A DNA stretch of 64,000 nucleotides from Nageia nagi (GCA_050084985.1 JBITNC010000001.1:27838001-27902000), one strand, 5' to 3'. Counted from the first letter of the stretch, positions 52,401 through 64,000 are shown. Made by a program: numbers and translations. Notes: generated from the letters alone by a model not told the origin.

Positions 52401-55400
52401 ATACCCCTTGCATTTTTTGCAAGTTATCATTGTTACCTTTAAAAAGCTAAAGCTGAATTGCCAAAGAAAGAAAATATATTAATGTCCTTGGGTGACCAAA
52501 AGCGGTCGATGGGACTATTAAGTACAATCCATCTCATAATGTCAACAAAGCCCAAACTGAGCCGCATCTAAAGAAAAAATTGAAAACATAAAAACTAACA
52601 ACCATATAAAGGTCCACACCCTAAGAGGGGGGAGATACAAAATCTAGTATAACGAAAGGGAGGTCATCCTAGGGCTCTTGAGGGGAGAGGATGGTAGTAC
52701 TCTATGCTCCAAGAAGGAATCATGTTGGTCCCTATGGGGTGCATTTGTGGTAGTGCTGGTGGTTGGAAAGAAGGATGTCATTTGTCGTACCCTCAATGGG
52801 GTCTGGGTACTTTGGGTACATCTCTTGGTCTGATGTGGTGGTTGTAGAGGCTCATCTCCGTGTCTCCTACAAGCCCCTTTAGGAGAAGGAGCAAGAAAGA
52901 AGGATTTGACACATAGAACCATAGTCGGTAGCTAAGCATAGGTAAGAAGGCGTATACGAAGAAGGAAGGTCTCTTGAAAATAAAGAGGCAAGCAACCCTG
53001 GTTAGGATACTGGAGGAATGTAGCTAACGAGCTATGATTGTCACAGAAGAGGCAATAGTATCGGCCTTGGATATCATAGTAGATTGAGCACTAAAAGACA
53101 AAATGATCCTCAAACTTAGTCTAAAGGAAGAAAAGGCGGAAAACTTTTAGATCTCTGTCCATGTGGTGATTTGTCTCTACTCTTAGCAGGTGGGAGCAGA
53201 CTCAAAACTGTCCAAGGGACGTCCTCAAACCCCCAAAGGTAGATGTAAGTTGATGTATCTAGGCGGGAGGATAAGTTCCTTGTCTAACTGAAGATAGTGT
53301 CGAGCATAGGAATCCAGCTTGGGTGACAATGGCTGAGTGGGAGACACCCAAGTGGGCAGATAAACGTTGAAGGCGACAAAGATATAGGAATATGTACGCA
53401 AGGGCTCATAGCATGCCATTCCTGAATTTGTTCTATTAAGGAAGCATGTGATTCTTTGCCAGTGAGCAGCTCACTCCAGATGGAAGAGAGCTTAGATTGT
53501 AATGCTTCAATGGGCGGGGTTGAAGAGGTGAAATGAAGAGATTTGTCTTTCTATTTTTATAACTGCATACGAAGATTATCAATCATTGTTTGTTGATTAG
53601 AAGAAAGCTTGAGGAGGGATGCAACATGGGCAGGCAAATCCTGATTTTGTTTTTCCAATTTGCTTAGTCTGGCTGAAAGTAGGGAGGGGAAACCAGTTCC
53701 CAAAATTCATTCCTAGTCTTTTCCAACTGAATAATCGAGTTTCTCAATGTACTATAGCATAGTATTTTTGTTTTGTTGAATCTGGGTGTCTTTATGATGG
53801 ATTTAGGAGTCCTTATGAGTGAGACTGGATCTAACTGTATTATCTGCATAAATGTAGATTGTTATTCTGAAACATGATGTTCTATCGCCTTTTGATTTGG
53901 CAATTGTTGTTCAGATATCTATTCTGTAGTTGAGGCAAACATGGTCAGAATGAGTTGTTGAAGTTGATGATCCTGTTCTGGTGTTATTCTATCATTGACT
54001 GGGTGATTTGCCTTTGCATTGTTTGTGGTTTGACTGTTGCACTGGATTGGAATTGGAGGAACTGTCATCATCTGACCCATCAATTTCTATTTCTTCCTTG
54101 TCATCATCCATTGCAATGTAGAATATGATATCTAGAATTCAGCCAGCATCAGAAACAAAGGGTGCTCAATTCTCTGCAGTTGTTGGAAAAGGGCTGTCAT
54201 GCTCTTCCACATAGAGTCAGAGTGATATGGAATGCTGACGGAAGGACTGCAGGAGGTTACGTGCAGATTACTTGAGGCGGAGTTTGCAAACAAGATCCAC
54301 TTAAAACCAAGGGATCGATTGCAAGGATGCAAGAAAATTGAAACGAAGAGATGCAAAGGAAAGATTGATCCCCAGAAGATTTCTCATTGTGGAAAATTAG
54401 AGAACAAATCTAGACAGATTCGGAGTGAAAACCCTAAGGATGCTATCTCAGGAAAATGCGATAATGTCTTAGGAAAATCGTGGACAAATCTGAAGAAACT
54501 TCGCAAAGAATTGGTCTCGAACAGATTGGGAGGAAAATTTGCAGAAATATTCGGAGTAAAGTTCACGGAAAATTCATGGATAGAATCATAGGAAATTTGT
54601 GGGCAAAGCACAAAACGGGGAAAAATTGCAGATAAAGCACAAAATAGTAAAATTCGCTATAAATTTGCAGATAGATTCAGAGAAAAATCGGGGAAAATTC
54701 GCAAATAGATCTTAGAAAATTCATGAACAGAACCGGAGGAAATTCACGATCACAATGAGTGAAGAATTGTTGTAAAAGCACTAACATGCGACCCACACGA
54801 AATCGGATGTGGAAGAAATTGTACATGCGGAATCATCAAATGGAAGAGTGCTTCTCTTTGAGCAATTTCTCGCCTTTCAAAGGGTAGCTCGCAACCTTGG
54901 CAATCAATTTTGGATTGATGGTAAAGGAAATTCCATCTGTTTCCACAACTCCTTCATCCCATGAACAAGCCAAGGTCAAGGCAAGCTTTTCATCCACTTG
55001 TTGGAACAAACTCAGGAAGGGCATCCAACTTGCTTTCTTCAGTATACTATTTGTGCCTTCATCAACATGAAGCACTGTAGGTTCATTGCAGTAAGAGATG
55101 TCCGCCATTTCTCTTTGCTTCAACGTGCGCAGTAAGTGGGCATGACAATCAAATGGCTTGCACCAAACATATTTAACAACAATGGAGGAGTTCTCTGGAT
55201 TGTCCGTAAAATCGTGGCGTCTGTGAGGAAATCCCTTCCCGCATGCATGAATTGCATCTCCACTCCTCGTAATCAAGGAAAATAGTGTCATAAGTCTTGT
55301 CACCAATTAAAATGTTTTCCCGTTTGCATCCAATGCAAACTCATCACGTGACAACATTGAATAAATATGCCTCGTCGTTGCAAGGCTAGACAACCTATCC

Positions 55401-58400
55401 ATGCAGTCGCATGCAAAGATATCTCGAACCAGCCACCATATCATTGCATGATTCCTTGATACATCATTATTTCCAAGACTATGCCAACTCAGCTTCAAAC
55501 AACGATTATTAAACCGCCAAACCATAAGGCCCATCTTTGGTAATTGAATCACCCTTCGCCACCCCCAAAACTTCTTTTGGGAAAAGGTCCTTCCACATAG
55601 CCAAATCCTCCCTTTGTGTAGGCAAATTTGGTAAGACATCTGCCACCTTCTTACCTTCTCTAAACACATGTTGAATTTTAAACTCCTCCAAAAGCCCCAA
55701 TATTCTCTTGGATTCTAATATCATTTATAGACCAACTTGGAGATTGGGTACCTTTCACAAGATTCACCACATTCAGAGAATCATCTTCAACAATTAGCTT
55801 AGAAATATTCAAATTCTCTAAGAGGGAGAGGCCTCGAAATAGCGCTCTAGCCTCCTCAAAGTGACTACATTGTATTCCTAAAGGCTTTGCAACAACTTAA
55901 TAAAATCTCACTGTCCTCGTTCCTAATCACACCTCCTGCTCCAGCAACTCCCGAGTTACCCTTTGAGGCCTCGTCAAAATTTAATTTATTCCACCCCGAA
56001 GGGCTTGGAGGGGGTAGGTTCTATTGTATCGAGGCTCTAGGATTTAAAGCTTTTTCCTTCCCAACTACTTTAGAGAGTCCAAAATTGTTGGCATTTTCTT
56101 CCTCCATAGCTGTTTCCTATTCATCTTTCTCAGAGTAAGCTGCTAGATTTTCCATGATGGCCAATTTCAACCGGCCACTTACTGTCTCCACATTCCTCTT
56201 CTTGTTTCTAAAAGCTCTATTGTTTCTCTCTCTCCAAATATGCCAACAGAAATGAGGTAAACTCAGTCTCCAAAGCTTTTTCAGCCTCTTCGAAGCAAAG
56301 GGTGGGTACCATTACAGGCATAGCTCCAAAATGGATCTTGGTAGAGCCCATGAAATATTGAAGGAAGATAGGATTGTTTGAAACACTTCCTGTGAAAAGG
56401 AGTAGCCCAGAAACAAATGGTTCACATCTTCCCAGTCTCTCTCACAAAGATATCATCCTTTAGGGATTGGAAGTCCTTTTTTGTGGAGGTTTGCAATAGT
56501 AAGAATCTTGTTCTGTACCACCAGCCAGAAGGAAAGTTAATTTTAGGAATAAGGAATTTAAACCATAGCTGGGATTCTGGAAACCATTGGATGATTTCAG
56601 TAGTTAGGAGAGAATAGGCAAATTTAACGGTGAACAAGCTACTCTTTTCCCATCCCCTAGATCCGAGTACCCTCCTTATCTTCTCTCCCAAGGAATATAG
56701 TTCTCATGGCCAAACAGATACCTTTCCAAGCTTGAGCCAGGTTATCATCTAAGTTTGGGATATCTAGATGCTTTCACTCCAATAGCCCATTCAAGGATCT
56801 AATAAAAACAGCCACCTTAGAACCAAAAGAATTAGAAACAACATCCATTTTAGTGGATTGGTCCCAATAACATCTTTAGGATTGTATTTCATCTCCATAG
56901 ATATAGATCAATGAGACATTGCAGGGTGGGCAGAGGGAGGATCCACTCTCACCCCCTTGTTACACTAGGTGTCTAGGTAGGTGAAAGAATGCCCAGTACT
57001 GGAAGCATAGCCCTGTTCTTCAAGCCATTGGAATTTCTATAGATCTTCTTCCTCCTTTCCTTTAGTCACTAAGGTTGCTTCTCAGCATCTATCTAAGAAG
57101 ATGATCAATAAGGTAGTTGAAGAAGATTAGCATTGCTTCATTTTTGCTAGTTGCTGCCAGCTCATATACTTGTTCTTTAATTCTTTTATTGCTTCTTTGT
57201 TTTAGCTTAAGCTTTATTTCGTGATTTAAAGTTTGGGATATTTCTTATTTATTCAAATAACCTCTTTTTGCATCCCATTGACCTATTTAGTTCACTCGTG
57301 AACAATAATAAAACTTGTTCTTTATTTTGTCAGGTTTATCAATTTTGAATGGTATGGAAGCCGGGCCCACTTATTCCTAGCCACATTATCTCCGAGCATC
57401 ACTATATCTTGTAAGGGTTGTTTTGGGGTGGTTATGAAGACTAGTTTTCTTCCTTTACCAAGAATCCACTTTTTATTAGCATTGATGCTTTTATGCTATT
57501 TTTGGTGATGCGTGTTGCTCAATTACCAATGATACACGAGGATGCGTCCCCTCCTTGGGGATGAGTTTTTGCATCCCTAGAGTTTTCGAAATGCGGGGAC
57601 AGAAAAGGGTATGTTTCCTTGCTGTCCCCTTTTTGAGGGAAATATGTTCGTCCCCGGTACCTTTAGATGCTTCGGGGAGCTGTCCCTTATTCAACATACC
57701 AAAAGGGAACTTTGAGGAAAATGGAACTTTGAGGAATAGATGACCATCCCCGGGGATGATCAAGCCGTCTCCTGAACAGTCAGACACCCCCTTTTTGTAA
57801 AAACATCAAAACATTATATATTAAATGTATATTACAATTTAAAAAAAAAATTTAAAATACAATTAAATAAATAGTAAACAATTATGTAATGATATAAATT
57901 ATAAATACAATTAAAATATAATTAAAAAACATGAATACAGAATAAATGAAAATACAATTAAAATTAAAAAAAAAACCATGAATAAACATTGAAAATACAA
58001 TTAAAATACAATTTTTTTATAAAGCATACAGTAACAAGTTAAAAATAAAAACTTAAACCTAAGTTATAAGTAACAAGTTAAAAATTCATTGCTTTTAAGT
58101 TTTAACCGACTCTATGTTGGGTGGGTGTCTTGACTCTGCTGGGCATCTCGACTTGAACTCTTCTGTTGGATGTTTTGATTCTCCTGTGCTGGGCATCTTT
58201 GTTGTGTGCTTTGCTGGAGCCTGGGCGTCTTTGTGCTGTGCTGGGCCTTTTTTCTGTGCTGTTGGGCTTGTTTGCTGGGCATTTGCTGGGTATAACTATG
58301 CACTATGCTCATCAGTCATTTTCTATTTCATTCATCCCAAGAATAGGGCATGTTAGATAGTGATTCATCCCTGGAATAATGCAATATCAGTTCCTCATGC

Positions 58401-61400
58401 TATTAAAGTATTTAGTTTTACTGTTTAGCATTTACACTTGCAGCCCTCATCCACTAGACGTGCATGGCTGTTTGCAAGACTGCAAGTAGAATAAATACAT
58501 ATTGTGATTGTTATATTACAAAGGTTATGCTGTTAGGGTTGGTTCCCATTCCCAAGTGCTTTATCAGATTAAAGAGTTTAAGGCTTTAAGCCTTAAGGGC
58601 ATCCTTGCTGTAGTCATGAATTGCAAATCCTCCAATCATTGCAGTCCATTAAACTGTGTCTGCATCATGCATCTTGGCAAATCTACGCTTCCACATTTTG
58701 CATGAATGTCTACCAGAGTGCAACATCTCACATAAATCTGCTTTTAAAGAGTCTTTGATGTATGTATAACTATAAACTTTAAAGTTAAAAATTAAAAAAA
58801 TAAAATCAAAATGACCAGTCTTTGTAACAGTGAACAGTCCAAATTTTAATTGATAATCATAATTCTTTTGTCATTCTACATGCAGATTTTGATTTTGGTT
58901 TTGCAAATTGCTAAATTAAAATTGTAAACATGAGCAACAGATGATAGAGGATGAGGATCAGGAGGATTTTCTTGGATTGTCGATAGATGCTATTCAGTTG
59001 GATGATGTCGAGGAGGACAGCTTGTCAGATAGATCAGTAGATAATGAGCCACTGGACTTTAAGTCATTATGCTTAGAGCCATAGTTTTACTTTAGTTTTC
59101 ATTTGGACTTTCACTTCACATATGTCATTATGATCATTTTGACTTCATATATTGATATGACATTATGTATTTGATTCTAATTTCAACTTAATGACATTAT
59201 ATAATTATGGCTTCTTGATTATGCTCATTCATATTTAATTTTATTATTTTAATTTCAGTTTCAAATTTGAAGTTTCAGTACTCTCAATTCTCAGATTCTG
59301 TATTCAGTATTTGATATTTTAGTTTAATTTCATATTTTATTTCAAATTTTCAATGTTTCATGAATGAATTGAGAATTCATTGAATTGATAATATGAATGT
59401 AGAAACTTAGAAACTATCTTTATTTCTCAAAAATTTGAAATTCTGGGAATTTTACTAGTTATATAGTTTCCATTTCCGAGCCGCCCCCTAACATCAGATC
59501 CCTGTACTGTACCATCCCTGGATATGCATTTCCCAGCCCCCTGTACATTCTGTCCTTGACCCATGTGTAACCTTGTCAATTACATATTTTTGTATTATGT
59601 TCTTGCTTAAGTATGTTTATCATGTTGTTTTAGTTTTATGCTGCGTTTGAGCTTATACAATGACTTGTATCCAGACATTCTTTTTCGAGGCCTATCGATA
59701 TACTTTGGTTGAGGACATTGTAACTTCAAAAATATTTGTGGGCAGAAGTTGTATCACTTTCCAAGAAAGTGCCCAAAAAGAACATAGTTATGAGGAGAAA
59801 ACAAAGAAATCCCAAAAATTATTAGCAAAAGATTCAGCAATCAAAGGTGCAAGAATTGAGTACTTGACATTAATGGCATATTAGTTATCCGATTACCTCA
59901 TGTAGTGTATGTGGACACTTTGCACAACATAAAAACAATCAGCCAAGGAATTTTGATTTGCACATATGTGTAGATCTTGATGTTGAGAATAAAAGTGGTC
60001 CTAATCTTGTAGCAGAAAAGAGAGACATAAGGAAAGATAGAAAAAAATCAGAATGAGACATTTGAGTGTAGTTTTTGAATTTCAGGTTCTAGATGATCCA
60101 GAATTTCCTGTCTTGAGTTCAGATCCTGGCATCTATGTTGGCAGATTCTTAGCTAGAAGCATATTTCAGTTTCAGATTTAAACTTGTTATCCAAGATTTC
60201 AGATTCTGATATTGAGTGCAGATGTTTCAGGCTATAATAAGAGATTCTTTCAAAGAGCATAACAGAGTGCGATTTTTAGATTATCTAAATTTCAGCAGAG
60301 AGGGTTATAGTATATTCTCATATTTTGGTCTGCAACATAATTGTTTTTGTTTTGATGGTTTTCTGTTTTTTGAAACTGAATTCGGTGAATCTGATCAAGA
60401 GTGATACTGTAATTGATGCAGATATGTTGCCTTGTCAGAAAACTGTTAATTTGTGGCAATTTTTACAAAGACCATACTGTATGGTCTGTAACCATTTTTT
60501 TAGCATTCTGATTCTTTTGAGCATGTTGTTTATGTTAGGAAGTCCTGTACTGGGGTACTTAGCTGCTGGTATCCTCATTGGGCCATATGGTCTATCAATA
60601 ATTCGTCATGTACATGGGACAAAGGCAGTCGCAGAGTTTGGAGTTGTCTTCCTGCTCTTTAATATTGGGCTTGAGGTAAATGGTTGCTTCTAGTTATCTA
60701 TTGAACAACTTTTAATGACCATCTTCTTGGTGTAAAAACGGAAAGAAAACTGATGTTATAGAGTTGATGTTGATGGCTTGTCATCTCATCCTGGTTGTTA
60801 CAGTTCAAAATATCACTTCCTTACGTTTTGAATTTTCCAGTGAAAAGCAACATAAATCACTCTTGAATGTCTATGCAAAAACTATGTTGGACTTCTTAAA
60901 CAGATTGTTAAATGTTACGAGGATCTTGATAAATCATTTCTTCTGTTGGTTTCAGCTTTCTGTTGAGCGATTAAGCTCTATGAAGAAGTATGTTTTTGGG
61001 CTTGGGTCTGCTCAGGTACAGTTATATGCTTTTTTGTCCGATTCAAATATTGCTCTATGGAGGTATTTTAAAGGTTAGACAAATCATTATTTGTTTTCGT
61101 TTTTGAACTCTTATGAAGATTTATTTGTATGTCTGCAACTTGCAGGTTTTAGCAACAGCAATTGTTGTAGGATTGGTTGCACACTTAATAGCTGGGCAGC
61201 CAGGTCCAGCTGCTATTGTTATAGGCAATGGACTGGCCCTTTCATCAACAGCAGTTGTTCTACAGGTTTTTATTCCACTTCAAAAATTCAATATATATAT
61301 ATATTGAATTTTTTCTCATGTTTGTTCTTTTCAATGTTTAAATACTATTTACCACTAATTTTCTAGAAACTATTTAATTGTTGGGATCATGAGGTTGAAT

Positions 61401-63150
61401 GCAACTTGCACTGAAGGAGCTCCTTCTATGCAACCTAAAACTGTGACAACTGAGTGATAGATACTTCCTCCTCCAAACACGCATAAAGTAATGTGCTCTT
61501 TGTATCCATCTAATAGGAGCTTTAAGCCCCAAATTTGAAGCAACGGTTAGGACTATTTGACTGTTCTGATTATTGATCATTGGATCAAAGAGCCCTGTTG
61601 CCTCTTGTTCAGCATAAGCTTATTTTGGTTTTGATCAAGTTTGCTGTGCCATATTTTGTATACCTATTTACATGTAATGGGATTATTCCTGGATGCCATT
61701 CAGTGAGAAACTAGGTCTCATTTCTCACTAGAGTATACAAAATATGGATTATTCCTGCATTGCCTTGACATTTGTGTTTCCTTTGTGTCTTATTGTACAG
61801 ATCAGGCTTTGAATTATGTTGGCCATCAATGTAATATTGCTAAACGCAGAATTATCTTTAAAGTTCAAGTTTTCATGTACCATTTTACATTGTCATCCAG
61901 GACTTCTATTTTGGTGCACCTTCCTTTGTAGGTAAACTGTTCCTTTTGCCATGCCACACCAATTTAATTGGTGCAGCTTCATTAGCTTACAGTCAACGTT
62001 GGCAAAACCAAGGTTATTGTCTTCAACACTGTTAGAGAAGCTCTTTTCAAGCTCTTATTCTTTTACAGGGCTTAGCCAGTTGAGATTTCATATCCTACAT
62101 ATATTTGGCATTCGATTTACAGGTCCTTTTCTCAATCTTAAGCCTATTGCACAGTCACAGTTTTGTAAGGGATGCACTTCCTTCATTACCTTTTTAAGGA
62201 TGATGCTTTTATATATGCTTTCAGGGCATCCCTTCAAAGATTTGGCTGTTTCCCAACATCAGCACACCTACTTTCCTGTATGATTCATAGTTATAGGATT
62301 AGAGTTTAGGGATTATGGATTGAGCATGTATTAAATTGGCTTAGATTCTTCTTTAGGATGCAATTCAATGCGAAAGGATAGTTCTAGGATGTGTTGTTGA
62401 AGCTGAATTATCTGCTTAATCCCTTCATCATGAATGAATGTTAATGGTCAATTTTCATTTTCACACACTAAGATTCATGGAAGATTTTGCCTCAGATATT
62501 GAGATCTGTATTTGGCCCTTTTCTCTCATACAGAGTTACTTCCATGAGTTTGGGTGGGTGTAAGCATGGTTGGTATTCAGATGTGAGTTCTCTTCTTCAG
62601 TCTATAGGCATTTCGATAGATTGATTCCCTTGAATTTTTTACTGAATTGCACCCTTAGCTTTCTACCTCACAAGGAAATTATTAACTATTCTGCAGGCAT
62701 GTCCACCAATGATTGATCTAAATTGCTTGGGTTTCTCTGTCCTATCCTCTCAGTCCTTAATTGGCTTTCTATGCCCAGCATTATTTGTTTCTTGTGGATG
62801 TCATTGTTACTCAACCTGACTATTCCTAACGATATTGCCTCATGGCCCTAGGATCCCCATCGGCCAAGGTTGTTTTTCTCATAGTAGTTATGATTGGAAA
62901 TGTGCCACTATAGTTCTAGGAATGAGAGGATATGCTAAGAGGTGGACACTGAATTATGTTTCTGATTGCAGGTTTTACAGGCTAAATAACCCTACTAATG
63001 GCTAAAGAACTAGTAGGGTTTTACAGGCATTGGTAAAATAGTTATTTATGAAAGAGAGTAATTTGTTTTTTCTGATTGCAGGTTCTACAGGAACGAGGAG
63101 AAAGCACTTCTCGTCATGGGCGTGCAACATTCTCTGTTTTGCTTTTTCAG
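35447..63150 (+). CDS. KEA2: Plastid K+ efflux antiporter, KEA1/KEA2 clade (CPA2/KefC family); partial, 3' exons lie beyond the window
   Basis: Spliced product has a transit-peptide-like N-terminus, coiled coil ([23 protein letters not shown]; [28 protein letters not shown]), [42 protein letters not shown] and [20 protein letters not shown]. All introns are GT-AG and phase-compatible. KEA1 versus KEA2 cannot be resolved. Confidence 0.93.
38207..39424 (+). mobile_element. Probable solo LTR in KEA intron 1
   Basis: TGTAATGTCC start, LTR-like composition and CA-ending candidates at 39412 and 39424; TSD not confirmed. Confidence 0.35.
39490..40560 (-). mobile_element. 5'-truncated Penelope-like element (Dryad type): RT C-terminus plus GIY-YIG endonuclease
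   Basis: GHKVYRKKT...LHASSNHH...[11 protein letters not shown]...NGY (40238-40543) followed by [28 protein letters not shown]...SALYEH...KESIEI...NINRNQG (39731-40177). Confidence 0.92.
39495..39540 (-). ncRNA. Degenerate minimal hammerhead ribozyme motif at PLE 3' end
   Basis: Minus strand reads ctaaagatgggtcccacagattggattcaaaacgtc, i.e. CUGAAGA / stem II / GAAAC with G-to-A changes in both core boxes. Confidence 0.5.
41435..41640 (-). mobile_element. 3' end of non-LTR retroelement with (TTTC)n tail
   Basis: (aaag)n + aaaatatattaatgt..ggtgaccaaaa.cggtc is shared with the copy at 52460 and, inverted, with 63900-63947. Confidence 0.6.
41824..41992 (+). CDS. KEA2: KEA coding exon 2
   Basis: ttttgtttcag|[12 protein letters not shown]...[33 protein letters not shown]|gtacat. 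Confidence 0.9.
42320..42410 (+). CDS. KEA2: KEA coding exon 3
   Basis: ctgacag|[31 protein letters not shown]|gtatgt. Confidence 0.95.
43250..44342. mobile_element. Non-autonomous hAT-like DNA transposon
   Basis: TIRs ctaagttac / gtaactaag, imperfect 8-bp TSD attgcaat / attacaaa, AT-rich internal duplication. Confidence 0.65.
44800..46565 (+). mobile_element. Decayed copia RT/RNase H remnant with PPT and 3' LTR
   Basis: [36 protein letters not shown]; agggggatgtt followed by TGTTGG near 45811. Confidence 0.8.
46792..46907. repeat. 38-bp tandem repeat x3 containing CCTATAAAT
   Basis: cctataaataacaggg at 46806, 46844 and 46882. Confidence 0.9.
48329..48604. mobile_element. Short hAT-like fragment related to 57527-59575
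   Basis: cagggttacac start resembles the TIR caaggttacac; gtcccc/gttccc subterminal motifs; TSD not matched. Confidence 0.4.
49733..50180. mobile_element. Foldback/palindromic MITE
   Basis: gggagaggacccaatagt...cctaacttta.gcctcttaaaac..gacttaataaagtc is mirrored at the right end; arms pair over roughly 170 bp or more. A related terminus lies at ~49526. Confidence 0.9.
51309..56880 (-). mobile_element. 5'-truncated L1 LINE with zf-RVT region, RNase H, extra 3' ORF and poly(A) tail; interrupted by a nested element
   Basis: Minus strand [12 protein letters not shown] (~56220-56250), [40 protein letters not shown]; poly(T) at 51309-51319 on the plus strand. Confidence 0.85.
52460..54830 (-). 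mobile_element. Nested, internally deleted non-LTR element with 5' tandem repeats and (TTTC)n tail
   Basis: gaaaattcgc-type repeats at 54400-54830, degenerate ORF at ~53600-54300, tail homologous to the 41435 copy; it splits the host LINE's extra ORF. Confidence 0.55.
57527..59575. mobile_element. Non-autonomous hAT element (Pack-type)
   Basis: Exact 8-bp TSD TCAATTAC (57519-57526 and 59576-59583), TIRs caatgatacac / gtgtaaccttg, gtcccc subterminal repeats. Confidence 0.88.
58350..58760 (-). pseudogene. Captured PLS-class PPR gene fragment
   Basis: Minus-strand pieces [60 protein letters not shown] and [14 protein letters not shown]. Confidence 0.8.
60539..60675 (+). CDS. KEA2: KEA coding exon 4
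   Basis: tgttag|[46 protein letters not shown]|gtaaat. Confidence 0.95.
60956..61015 (+). CDS. KEA2: KEA coding exon 5
   Basis: tttcag|[20 protein letters not shown]|gtacag. Confidence 0.95.
61146..61265 (+). CDS. KEA2: KEA coding exon 6
   Basis: ttgcag|[40 protein letters not shown]|gttttt. Confidence 0.95.
63082..63150 (+). CDS. KEA2: KEA coding exon 7
   Basis: gattgcag|[23 protein letters not shown]|gttact. Confidence 0.95.
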
Positions 63151-63449
63151 GTTACTTTTTTAAAAAACTTGTGTTCCTTTCAGTCTGAGAAAGAAAGACA
63201 AACTTTAATGATGTTCAGGTGTGATCAAAGTTGTCTAATGGGATCTGAGAAATAAAAGCAAATGGTTACTAATCATTGTTTAAGCCAAAAAAGGATGCTC
63301 TAAAACGCAAGAGAACAAGATTATAATAACTAAGCTAGAACATGTTACAAATTATGTTTTGATTAGCATGCTAGAGGCATTAATATAAATAATAAAAATG
63401 CTGCCAGTTGAGTCTAAACAACACTGAGATGTTTGGTTGTAGAAGGCCT

Positions 63450-63947
63450 GCAGTGATCAAAAATCATCCCAAAGAGTCAATACATCATCTAATGATGCTC
63501 ACAGGAGAGTGGCTAAGGCTGAGTGGGCCTGGCTGGACTACCCTGGTAGTATATGAAGAGCAGCCTCTTTGGTGAGACCCAAAGGATCTTTCAGCCTTGG
63601 ATGTTAGGAGAGATTCTAGGGAGACCCAGCTTTGTCTTCCCAGTTTTGAGCTGTCATTGTTGGAGCCTTGGAGGTGATCAGATCTATCATCGACCTCTTC
63701 TCAGTTGTGGATGACGACACTACCCTTTCCACCGTTTCGGACTTGTGACATTACCTGACATGCTCTTTCGACGTTGTAAAATATTCACTGGCCTTTCTTT
63801 TAATGATAGACTCTAGTTTGCATAGCTTTTCATGTCAGTCCCAAGGTTTTTCAAATCTTAGTGCTTTTTCTTTTGAACTGCATTGTACCTTTGAGATTTC
63901 TTGTCACCCGGGGACATTAATTATATTTTCTTTCTTTCTTTCTTTCT
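63450..63947 (+). mobile_element. 3' end of (TTTC)n-tailed non-LTR element; left boundary approximate
   Basis: gtcacccggggacattaattatattttc(tttc)n is the reverse-complement homologue of the 41435 and 52460 tails. Confidence 0.55.
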
Positions 63948-64000
63948 GGGCTCTTCTAACTTCCAAGGCTGGTGAAATCATAGAAGGTAAGAAGTTATGT

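Noticed and set aside
61370-62900. Possible LINE fragment in KEA intron 6
   Set aside because: Composition suggests decayed coding sequence but I found no diagnostic motif.

Overview
AT-rich, transposon-dense plant nuclear DNA, most likely from a conifer or other gymnosperm (inferred from a Dryad-type Penelope element and very long TE-filled introns). One host gene is present: the 5' part of a plastid K+ efflux antiporter of the KEA1/KEA2 clade (+ strand, 7 coding exons at 35447-63150, running out of the window). It has an 18.1-kb third intron and an apparent 1-bp frameshift in exon 1. The left half is a TE nest: a decayed CACTA element, two solo LTRs with TSDs, a DnaJ/DUF3444 pseudogene, a large retroelement-like block, and a young full-length Ty1/copia element (9101-17901, LTRs differ at 2 of 489 nt, TSD CACAT). 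The copia element is the most unusual object. Its 3-kb leader looks like an intron ending 2 nt before the gag ATG. Inside that leader is an antisense ORF with motifs resembling the N-terminus of the host polyadenylation factor CFIm68/59 (CPSF6/7). Its 3' UTR holds five RNA hairpins with compensatory base changes, each followed by UGUA, the CFIm25 binding motif. The KEA introns contain a Penelope-like element with a decayed hammerhead ribozyme, hAT elements (one carrying a PPR gene fragment), a palindromic MITE, and an L1 LINE with RNase H plus an extra downstream ORF. Family assignments are from motif recognition by eye; no database searches were run.
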